Source: Nitrososphaerota archaeon
GTDB lineage: Archaea; Thermoproteota; Nitrososphaeria_A; Caldarchaeales; Caldarchaeaceae
Reading direction: 5' to 3'
Assembly (NCBI GenBank): GCA_041641305.1
Contig: JBEPYN010000001.1
Location: 6,498-70,497, forward strand
Length of the DNA: 64,000 nt
The position numbers were made by a program, and so were the translations under genes. The number at the start of each line of letters is the position of its first letter. Within the stretch, counting starts at the first letter, position 1. This document shows, piece after piece, positions 17,861 to 25,783 of the stretch. The notes beneath the pieces are model-generated. The model did not search any database, had not been told where the DNA came from, and worked only from the letters and a program-made list of their open reading frames with translations.

Positions 17861-20800
17861 AACTGGCAGCCTCCAACTGTTTCGCCAACAGAGCCGCGAT
17901 GTAAACGCTTCTAGCCTCCTCCCTGAGATATGATTCAAGAGTCGCCACGAACCTTGATGGCTTCGACCTTATCAGACGCATGCTGGGTCTCCTCCGTTTC
18001 TCCAAAAGGGCTCTTGTGAGCAAGTCAGCGGGGCTGATGCTCCTCGAGAGATTGAGAGATCTCTCCACAGTATCGAGAGGTAATTCGGTTGAAAGCTTTT
18101 CCTCCAGAATGTTCAACACATTCAAGAGCTGGCCGCTCTGCTCCAGTCCATTAAACAGAGCCCGAATACTAGATAGGCCTACTTCGTCGAGGACATTCCT
18201 CATTTTTTCGTTACTGTAGACAGCAACGGTGAATCCTTTGTCAACCAAGTTGCTCAACTCCGCGAGAATGGGTGAAGTGGATTCGGTGGTTGAACCCATT
18301 TCAAAAACCCCGGTGAAAACCTTCTCCTCCTCCCCGTCGAAAAAACCTACACCATACAGACCTGCTTTCAGATCATCTCTGAGGAGCAGGGCAACAGCAG
18401 CGACTGAAAGAAGCTTCAAAGCCTTGGATGGTTTTGGGAGGCTGATAACCTTCTGGCCCAGCTGCAGCGCAATCCGGTCACGAGCCAATATGTAGTCGAT
18501 AATTTTGAGGGCATAATTTCTTGCGGTCTCCCAGTCCAGTTTCCGAGCCAGAAAATCGGCATAAACCTCCTCATCGATCTGCTGCAGAATTATCTCGTCA
18601 AGCTCATCTGGCATATATTGCTCGACATCTCTGCGGAGATTTGCCCAGTCTATTTTCGGGAGATGGCCAGCGCACTCCCCTTCATAGAACCTGACAAACT
18701 TTCTCTCCGCCAAGACAATCATGTCAAACTTCATGATCATGAGAGATAGGTGGTGAACTCTCCTCATCACTATGAGGATGAATGACGCGCCGAGACGGAG
18801 GAGTGCAGTGTCGTCGAGGGGAGAGGCTTCGACAGCGTAGCCGTATGTGTAGTCGCCGTAGACACCGTATGTAGGCGTGGGAACTTCAACAACTTTTGCA
18901 TCCCTTGTAACGTAGGTGCGATCACCTATCGTAAGCAGCTTTCTCCGGCCCGAGTAGATACGCCACTCAACCCTCTGCGGAAACTCTGTAAACTGTCCGA
19001 AGCCGTTTGACGGGAGCTGCGCGACAAGATGTATAACTGATTTTATGTTTCCCCTGTGAAAATCACGGACAAGGTTAGGCTCCTCACCCCATCTGAGCTT
19101 GGTTCTCTGATATTCTTCGAGAACAGGTGCTAGGGCATCGTGTCGGCGCAGCCGGCTTTCATAAATCGAGTCAACCACCACGGCTGTGACAACTCTTCCG
19201 TTTTTGCCGCCTGTCCTCATCTCTACTACGACGCCGTCGCTGCTCGGGTCAAAAGCACCAGGCTGAAACTTCTCCACCAAGTTGACATGTGAAATGTCCT
19301 CGAGGTTCCTTAGACCACCATCCTCCGTTGTTCTCCACCTCTTCACGCCATACGGCGGCGCAAACTCGTAAAAATTCATCTTAACCCATGCCAATTTCCC
19401 CGTGTAGGTTAGTTCACCGTCTTTTTCGAGTCCGAGACGTCTGAGAAAAAGCACATCCTCGCGGGGGAGCTTTGCTCTACGTTGAGGCGATTGATAGTCA
19501 AAAAGTGTTTTGAAAAGGCGTCTGTACTCGTTGTCGCGGTGTGCGAGTGTTTTCTCGAGTGGCAGCTCTGTCCATTTGCGGAAAACCTCTATGCCTCGGC
19601 TGAGTAGGTCTCTATCCCACTGGCTAAACGGTATGACTATCGTCTCTGTCCACGGTATCTCGGGCCTCCTGCCCTTACGTCCCTCTCTCTGCCAGAATTC
19701 ACGCACCGTTTGGGGAAGCCCGAGGTGAACAACCCTACGTATTTGGCCTATGTCTATCCCCTGGCTGAGTGTCCGCGGTGTGAAGATGAGTTTTATTTCT
19801 CCATCCCGGGCGGCCTGCTCTATCTCTCGCCGCTGTGCCCTGAGAAGCAGATGATGATGACTTGCAACACTCATAGATACACCGAGTTCATTACGAACTT
19901 TACGTGCAAATTCCTCGGCCGAAGCTATGCCTGAGGTGAACACAAGTGTCAACGCCTCGTCTTCTGCATAATGTTTGATGAGTTCCGCCGGGTCTCCGAA
20001 GTAGTCGGGGAAATCGGCTCCAGCCGCTTTGGCCGCCTCCACAACCTTGAAGAAGTTGCGGCGAAACTCCTGAAAGTCGTCGAGTGCTTTGAGGACATCA
20101 CGCCCCGCTCCCGCCTGTATGAGCTTATCACGCTGACCAGCAATAGTTGTCCAGATTTTTCTGAGCGATTTTCCCAAAACAAGATACGTCCTGTTTTCAC
20201 ACCTATACGGATGGCCGTCCACTATTGCTGTTCTTCTTCCGTTGATCTCGGTTAGAATTTGTGCAACCTCCGCCGGGTCCGCTATCGTGGCTGTCATGAT
20301 AACAAGCTGGAATCCCGGGTTGACGTATTCGTGTAGAGCTTGCATCATTCCGAGAAGGATGGCGATGGAGCGCGGCCCGTAGAAGTCGAACTCGTCGAGA
20401 ACAACAAGCCCCACCTTAGCGAGAAAATCTCTCAAAAAAGCTGGTTTACCCGCCCCGATTCTCTTCAGCTCGTTGAGTAGGTAGGCTGGATTTGTTATGA
20501 CTAGGTCGGCTTCTTTAACCATGTTCCGCACAGCCCTGGCCCCATTTCTCCGCACCAGCTCCTCCTTCCGCAACGCATCAACAGCGACGGCCTTCAGACC
20601 CAGCGATGAGCAGTAGTCGCTTAGCCTCTCGATCTGGTCATTGGAGAGTGCGAGGGTCGGGTAAACAGCTAGCGTTTTGACACGACGTGAGGCTGTGTAG
20701 AGAAACCATGCCTCAGTCTTTCCGCTTCCCGTGCCAGCCTTGAGAACAAGGTTCTCACCATGTGCCAGAGCATCGAGGGCTTCTTTCTGGTGGATGTATA

Positions 20801-20978
20801 GATTTTTTTCGGCAAGGTTTCTGCTTCTGACGTTTTCGGAGAAGGCGAGGCCTGGGAGGATATCGACGAACTTTTCACGGGCCAACTGAGGAGAAACAGC
20901 TGGTGTAACAAACTTAACATAGTCAAACCCAAGCTTTTCGAGAAGTGCTTCAGAGTCTATCAAACTCCAGCTCTTCAC
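17844..20978 (-). CDS. SF2 DEAD/DEAH-box helicase, MrfA/YprA-like core, with ~590-aa uncharacterised C-terminal extension
   Basis: 1044 aa. LYIHQKEALDAL..GENLVLKAGTGSGKTEAW (motif I), LAVYPTLALSNDQ, LVVLDEFDFYG (motif II), VIMTATIADP (III), QREGRKGRR (VI). No Cys4 DUF1998-like cluster after the core; the C-terminal half has no motif I can recognise. Confidence 0.7.
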   Translation of the reverse strand: MKSWSLIDSEALLEKLGFDYVKFVTPAVSPQLAREKFVDILPGLAFSENVRSRNLAEKNLYIHQKEALDALAHGENLVLKAGTGSGKTEAWFLYTASRRVKTLAVYPTLALSNDQIERLSDYCSSLGLKAVAVDALRKEELVRRNGARAVRNMVKEADLVITNPAYLLNELKRIGAGKPAFLRDFLAKVGLVVLDEFDFYGPRSIAILLGMMQALHEYVNPGFQLVIMTATIADPAEVAQILTEINGRRTAIVDGHPYRCENRTYLVLGKSLRKIWTTIAGQRDKLIQAGAGRDVLKALDDFQEFRRNFFKVVEAAKAAGADFPDYFGDPAELIKHYAEDEALTLVFTSGIASAEEFARKVRNELGVSMSVASHHHLLLRAQRREIEQAARDGEIKLIFTPRTLSQGIDIGQIRRVVHLGLPQTVREFWQREGRKGRRPEIPWTETIVIPFSQWDRDLLSRGIEVFRKWTELPLEKTLAHRDNEYRRLFKTLFDYQSPQRRAKLPREDVLFLRRLGLEKDGELTYTGKLAWVKMNFYEFAPPYGVKRWRTTEDGGLRNLEDISHVNLVEKFQPGAFDPSSDGVVVEMRTGGKNGRVVTAVVVDSIYESRLRRHDALAPVLEEYQRTKLRWGEEPNLVRDFHRGNIKSVIHLVAQLPSNGFGQFTEFPQRVEWRIYSGRRKLLTIGDRTYVTRDAKVVEVPTPTYGVYGDYTYGYAVEASPLDDTALLRLGASFILIVMRRVHHLSLMIMKFDMIVLAERKFVRFYEGECAGHLPKIDWANLRRDVEQYMPDELDEIILQQIDEEVYADFLARKLDWETARNYALKIIDYILARDRIALQLGQKVISLPKPSKALKLLSVAAVALLLRDDLKAGLYGVGFFDGEEEKVFTGVFEMGSTTESTSPILAELSNLVDKGFTVAVYSNEKMRNVLDEVGLSSIRALFNGLEQSGQLLNVLNILEEKLSTELPLDTVERSLNLSRSISPADLLTRALLEKRRRPSMRLIRSKPSRFVATLESYLREEARSVYIAALLAKQLEAASYENSA

Positions 20979-21418
20979 CTCTCAACCTGTGCCTTAACAC
21001 TTTGTATGATGTCTTCGCTGTATCCTAGCTTTCTCAAGCCCTTTAACACGAGGGCCAGGTATGATGCTGAGGGGGTGAGCTTTGGACGCGGGTTAGTGGC
21101 GACGTAGACATAGGCCTCGAGAGGTTTTCCACTGGCCTCCACCGTTATCTTGCGCCTGTGATATAGATGGGGGACACCTTCATACTTGTCGAGTTTTTCA
21201 AGCTGAGATTCCTCCAGAAGATATACTGCACCATACACAACCGAGCTAGGTGATTCTTCTATGTTTGCAACTCCTCCGCGCCAGCTGCTTGAGAAAACAT
21301 TGAAGACGAGTCTGTAGCCTCTGAGGATGGCGGGTTTTAGGTCAAGCCAGCCACCAACCCGCCTTCTCATACCTTCCTGATCAAGGTTAGAGCCATACGC
21401 GAAATACCAAACAGCCAT
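20975..21418 (-). CDS. gamma-glutamyl cyclotransferase (GGCT/AIG2-like) family protein
   Basis: MAVWYFAYGSNLDQEGMRRRV...YEGV...: YGSN hallmark and conserved Glu. 147 aa; stop overlaps the helicase start (ATGA-type 4-nt overlap). Confidence 0.65.
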   Translation of the reverse strand: MAVWYFAYGSNLDQEGMRRRVGGWLDLKPAILRGYRLVFNVFSSSWRGGVANIEESPSSVVYGAVYLLEESQLEKLDKYEGVPHLYHRRKITVEASGKPLEAYVYVATNPRPKLTPSASYLALVLKGLRKLGYSEDIIQSVKAQVER

Positions 21419-21427
21419 ATCCAGCCT

Positions 21428-22741
21428 CTACAGGATAAAGTATTCTTTATCAACTCTTCTGTTTTCAACCCCGAGTCTCGACACCTCGAACTTTACCCCC
21501 CCATGCAGTATTGCGTATTCTTTCCCAAAGAGTGCTGCTTCGGCTATTCTACCTATTGCGTCAGACTTCATAACGCCGCTTCCGCTTGCCCCAGTTACGA
21601 CGAGGCAGTTGAGAAACCTGAATATTATGGGGTTTCCGTCGAGGTAGTTCATGGAGTATGTACCGGCCCACATGGCCGAAGGCCTTGCGTTGAGGAACTG
21701 TGGATAGTATTTCACGAGTGGGGGGTAAACGCTGTCATGATAGTAGCTTGGCTCAGGCTCGTCGTCCAGCCCGAATCCTCTGCCTACTTCGTCGGTGAGA
21801 CTGACCCAGAAGGCTTTTTCCCTGGTTCTCGGAACTATGTAGAGTCCGTTGGGGAAAAACATCATGGGCATGGGTCTTCCACCGTCCCACGTGTTGTGTA
21901 GGAGGCTGTAAAGCTGCCCTTCCGCGGAGACAACAAACAACTGTCTTTTCTTAGCCTTGATGAAGCAGTCGACACCCAGCGGGTCGAGGAGCTGCGGCGT
22001 CCATGAACCAGCTGCGACAACCAATCTCCCAGCCCTGATAACATCCCCGTCTGCAACCACTCCACCCACTTTAGCTTTCTGCCAGGCCCTCGGCTCACGC
22101 GGAATGCCGAGGGAATTCTCAGCCTCGAGGATTAGTCTCTCAACCTTTTTGCCGAGTATGAGTTCAACACCTGCGCTGAGACATCTTTTTTTGTAGAGGT
22201 TTACAACCTTCTCCACGTCGAGGAAACCGCATCGCGGAGCGAACAACCCCGCCCTGATGCTGCTCAAACCCATCAGCACAGCTTCCTCATCACCCGAAAA
22301 ATCAGTCTGCATGAGAAGTTTTTTTGACAAGTCTTCCGCTTGGAGGAGGATTGCCTTCCCTTCATGCAAAAAGGTTTCAACCACGTTTCTCACTCTGTTT
22401 AATCTATCGTCGTCCATTAGAATGAGATATCCTACTTCCCTCATGTTTAGCGTTGTTTCCCCGCTTGCCTCAGCTTCCCTCAAATGCTGAATCGTTGTTT
22501 CGGCGAGAACTCGGTTTACGTAGGATGTGAATATTCCCTGTCTGTATCCGCCGACGCTTTTGGCGGTGTTGGCCTGCCCAACGTCTCTGTCACGCTCTAT
22601 GATTGCCACCGAAAGCTCCCTGTGAAAGGTCTTGATGTAATAGGCTGAAGCAAGCCCCAAAACACCTCCTCCGATCACAACAACGTCAAAATCTGGCACG
22701 GCAATTAAGAAAAATTCTCGGCAAAAAGGGTTTATCAACAT
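21428..22741 (-). CDS. FAD-dependent oxidoreductase (DAO / glycine-oxidase-like)
   Basis: DFDVVVIGGGVLGLASAY dinucleotide-binding motif near the N-terminus. The ORF track starts at 22945, but the first 68 aa are Arg/Ser/Leu-rich and unlikely to be coding; ATG 22741 or GTG 22699 are the likely starts. Confidence 0.6.
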   Translation of the reverse strand: MLINPFCREFFLIAVPDFDVVVIGGGVLGLASAYYIKTFHRELSVAIIERDRDVGQANTAKSVGGYRQGIFTSYVNRVLAETTIQHLREAEASGETTLNMREVGYLILMDDDRLNRVRNVVETFLHEGKAILLQAEDLSKKLLMQTDFSGDEEAVLMGLSSIRAGLFAPRCGFLDVEKVVNLYKKRCLSAGVELILGKKVERLILEAENSLGIPREPRAWQKAKVGGVVADGDVIRAGRLVVAAGSWTPQLLDPLGVDCFIKAKKRQLFVVSAEGQLYSLLHNTWDGGRPMPMMFFPNGLYIVPRTREKAFWVSLTDEVGRGFGLDDEPEPSYYHDSVYPPLVKYYPQFLNARPSAMWAGTYSMNYLDGNPIIFRFLNCLVVTGASGSGVMKSDAIGRIAEAALFGKEYAILHGGVKFEVSRLGVENRRVDKEYFIL

Positions 22742-22773
22742 ACATATTAGGCGCCGAAGCTGAGTGGGCAAGG

Positions 22774-23853
22774 ATGCAGATAATAAACAACTACCGCATC
22801 GAGCTCGAGGAGGCTGTCGAAAAGCTAAGAGAGATAAATGCATCAAAGTTACTGGTCCAGTCTCCGTTGGGCCTCCGCGCGGTAGCCGCATTAGTAGCCG
22901 AGCAACTGAAAAAGAGAGGCTATGACGTGATTTTATCAAGCTCAAACTGCTGGGGAGGATGCGACATAGCTCATACCGAGGCCAAGCATCTGAACGTGGA
23001 AGCCATCATCCATCTTGGACACAGCCGCTTCATTAATCAAGAGCAGGTTCCGACAATATATCTCGAATGCCGTTATGCCGACCCATCACCAGTCTACGCG
23101 TTGCTGGAGAAGGTTGCGGAGGCGCTCAAAGGATTCTCAAAAGTTGGGATTGGGGCGAGTGTTCAGTGGCTCGACTATGTACCCCTTGTGAAGGAAAATC
23201 TGGAGCATGTAGGTGTTAAAGCCTTTACCGCCAAACCCGACATGTTCTCTCAATATGATTCACAGGTGCTCGGATGCGATGTTTCGGCCCTCAAGAGGCT
23301 CGAGGAAAAAGTGGATAGCTTCCTCGTTCTGGGGAGCGTGTTCCATGCACTTGGGATGGCTGTGTCAACCAGAAAGCCCGTATACGCCGCCGACCCACAT
23401 ACACAGACGGTTAAAAACCTTGACAAAATGAGAGAAAATATCCTCAGACAACGCTACGCACAAATTACACGATTCCGCCAAAGCAATTCTATAGGCGTCC
23501 TAGTAAGCATCAAACCAGGGCAGAAAAGGTTAGGTCTCGCAAAGAGAATTAACCAGATATTAAACACTCATGGAAAAAATAGCACAATTGTCTCAGCCGA
23601 TGAGATAACTCCAAGCACAATTTTGGAAAACCGCTTCGAGGCATTTGTAAACACCGCCTGTCCAAGACTTAGTATAGAGGATCAAGCGCAGTTCGCAAAG
23701 CCTGTGCTGCTTCCTGTGGAGACTCTCGTGGGCCTAGATTTGATTGATTGGAGCGAAGTGGTTGAGCATGGTTTCCTAATGTATCCATGGGGATGGCACA
23801 ATCAAGAGGTGGGTGAAAGGTTTTGGAGAAAAATGAGGCTGGCTCAGGTTTAA
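22774..23853 (+). CDS. dph2: diphthamide synthase subunit Dph2 (2-(3-amino-3-carboxypropyl)histidine synthase)
   Basis: LLVQSPLGLR...IIHLGHSRF...QVLGCD...FHALGMAV...ACPRL: conserved blocks of archaeal Dph2. 359 aa. Confidence 0.8.
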   Translation: MQIINNYRIELEEAVEKLREINASKLLVQSPLGLRAVAALVAEQLKKRGYDVILSSSNCWGGCDIAHTEAKHLNVEAIIHLGHSRFINQEQVPTIYLECRYADPSPVYALLEKVAEALKGFSKVGIGASVQWLDYVPLVKENLEHVGVKAFTAKPDMFSQYDSQVLGCDVSALKRLEEKVDSFLVLGSVFHALGMAVSTRKPVYAADPHTQTVKNLDKMRENILRQRYAQITRFRQSNSIGVLVSIKPGQKRLGLAKRINQILNTHGKNSTIVSADEITPSTILENRFEAFVNTACPRLSIEDQAQFAKPVLLPVETLVGLDLIDWSEVVEHGFLMYPWGWHNQEVGERFWRKMRLAQV

Positions 23854-24422
23854 GGAAGAGGCTCGTGGTGCCGGGTGAGGTTCTCTGCGTCACGGAAGAG
23901 TTTCTACCGCGTCTAGGCGCTTTTGTAAACGGTGATGGAAACGTGAAAGCAAGAGTGGTCGGGGAAGCGGTTTACGACCTCAAGGCTAAGGAGGTGAGTG
24001 TGAAGCCCGTTAAGGAGATAATTGACATCAGGCCAGGAGACCGCGTTATTGCCGAGATTAAGGATGTGCAGGAAAAGATAGCCGTTGCGGAGGCCTTTGT
24101 CAAACTGCCAAGCACTCCTCTGAAATATAGGCGGACTGGAATAGTGGTTGCGAAGAGAAACGATGTTTTAGAGAATATGCTCAGCGTAGGGGACATAGCC
24201 ATCCTAGCTGTCAGAGGCGTTTACCGAGGATTGAATACATTTGACATCTACTCCCCCGGATGCGGTGTGATGCTCGCTATTTGCAGCGTCTGCGGAGGGG
24301 TCTTGGATAAAAGGGACAACTTCCTCACATGTGGTAAATGCGGTAACCGCGAGAGGCGGAAAACAGTGTTAAAATACGGGAACTTGGATATTCTAAAACA
24401 GCTTGTCGGTGAAGCACTGTGA
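23823..24422 (+). CDS. csl4: exosome complex RNA-binding subunit Csl4
   Basis: LVVPGEVLCVTEEFLP N-terminal domain, S1 domain (IVVAKRNDVLENMLSVGDI), C-terminal Zn ribbon CSVCGG...CGKCG. Start uncertain (overlaps the dph2 end). Confidence 0.75.
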   Translation: MEKNEAGSGLRKRLVVPGEVLCVTEEFLPRLGAFVNGDGNVKARVVGEAVYDLKAKEVSVKPVKEIIDIRPGDRVIAEIKDVQEKIAVAEAFVKLPSTPLKYRRTGIVVAKRNDVLENMLSVGDIAILAVRGVYRGLNTFDIYSPGCGVMLAICSVCGGVLDKRDNFLTCGKCGNRERRKTVLKYGNLDILKQLVGEAL

Positions 24423-24697
24423 AGATGAAAATCATAGAGGAAAGCGGAGATTTTCTGGCGATAGGTTTGAGGGACGTTGATCAGTCGATTGTCAACCTGT
24501 TCACAGAAACCCTGAATAACATCGATGGGGTGAGCTACGCTGGGTATAGAGTCGAGCATCCACTCACAGGAGAAATAACAGTTTCGCTAAAAGTTGAGCC
24601 ATCTAAGACAACACCTTGGAAAGCTGTTCAGAAAGCTCTCGAGCAACTTGAGGAAATCTTCAAGTCCCTTGACAAGAAGCTTGAAGCGTTGAGGTGA
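24419..24697 (+). CDS. rpoL: DNA-directed RNA polymerase subunit L (Rpb11-like)
   Basis: 92 aa. MKMKIIEESGDFLAIGLRDVDQSIVNLFTETL...GYRVEHPL. Conserved Csl4-RpoL neighbourhood. Confidence 0.8.
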   Translation: MKMKIIEESGDFLAIGLRDVDQSIVNLFTETLNNIDGVSYAGYRVEHPLTGEITVSLKVEPSKTTPWKAVQKALEQLEEIFKSLDKKLEALR

Positions 24698-24701
24698 GAG
24701 C

Positions 24702-25034
24702 ATGGAGTTTTGTCCAAAGTGTGGGAAAACATTGTCGCCCTCGAGAGTAGGAGGCAAGGCCATGCTTGTGTGTAAGAGATGTGGTTATCAGAAGCCACTT
24801 GAGGGGGAGAAAGTGGTTGTTAAGGTGGAGCGTGAAAACACTGGCTCAAAAAGCGTCACTGACATAATCGAGGCCGAGGAGGCGCCTCTACCCACAACAA
24901 CTGATGTTGTCTGTCCCCAGTGTGGACATAATGAGGCAAAGTGGTGGACGGTTCAAACGCGGTCGGCCGACGAGCCGATGACACAGTTCTTTAGATGCGT
25001 GAAATGCGGCCATACATGGCGTGAATACGCCTAA
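24702..25034 (+). CDS. tfs: transcription factor S (TFS; RNAP subunit M-like)
   Basis: N-terminal Zn ribbon CPKCG..CKRCG and C-terminal TFIIS-type ribbon CPQCG...QTRSADEPMTQFFRCVKCGHTW. Confidence 0.85.
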   Translation: MEFCPKCGKTLSPSRVGGKAMLVCKRCGYQKPLEGEKVVVKVERENTGSKSVTDIIEAEEAPLPTTTDVVCPQCGHNEAKWWTVQTRSADEPMTQFFRCVKCGHTWREYA

Positions 25035-25735
25035 TACGTCACGAAGTTCAAAATCTTTCCGAACTGAAAAGGCTTGACGTTTCTCAGAAAGTCTTGAGAA
25101 GCCGCAATAGCGCAGACACCCACCATCTCACCCCGTCCAGAGACAAGCTGTGCCCTTAGTTCTTTCAATGGGACATGAGTATCCAGGACCCCAGCCATGA
25201 CAAGGAGATGATGTTTAAACGCCTCACGAGGGACAAAAAGTCTCTGAACAATACGTGCCTGCCTGTTTTTGTATCTGATTTCAATCCATCTGTCGGAAAT
25301 ATATGCCTCAGTACTTTGTGCGTAGTAAACTTTTTTCAGCGTAGATAAACCGAAACCGGTTGCAACCACTATCCCCGCCCTGTCCACTCCGAGAACCGCG
25401 TCGACCCTATATCCAGAGAATTCTTTCAGCATGTAGGCGACGAGCAGCTCCACCAAGCTGCTTTCGGAAACTATCTGTGAAACATCAACTTCATCCTCGG
25501 TCACAACCACACGTTGATTTATGATTGCTTGAATATCCAGCTTAGAGATAAGATTATCTATCAAGGCTTGGGCACGTTTTCCATGTGGGATAGTTTTGTT
25601 GGTAACGTATCTTGTCAAAGTTGATACGGGTATGCCTGTTTGCTTGGAGAGGATCTTATAGTCCATGCTGGTTTTGAGTGTTTTCAAAATCTGTACAGCA
25701 AGGTATGATAAGTAGGCGTTCGATGCTTTCTTCAA
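25031..25735 (-). CDS. transcriptional regulator: N-terminal HTH plus C-terminal phosphoribosyltransferase (PRT)-like domain
   Basis: YKILSKQTGIPVSTLTRYV (HTH), then a PRT-like fold with a degenerate PRPP loop (HLLVMAGVLDT). Divergent from the xanthine-dehydrogenase-family large subunit. Confidence 0.5.
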   Translation of the reverse strand: MKKASNAYLSYLAVQILKTLKTSMDYKILSKQTGIPVSTLTRYVTNKTIPHGKRAQALIDNLISKLDIQAIINQRVVVTEDEVDVSQIVSESSLVELLVAYMLKEFSGYRVDAVLGVDRAGIVVATGFGLSTLKKVYYAQSTEAYISDRWIEIRYKNRQARIVQRLFVPREAFKHHLLVMAGVLDTHVPLKELRAQLVSGRGEMVGVCAIAASQDFLRNVKPFQFGKILNFVTY

Positions 25736-25783
25736 ACCTCCTCAAGAGGAATTTGCCCAAATATAGGATTTTCAAGATCGAAA

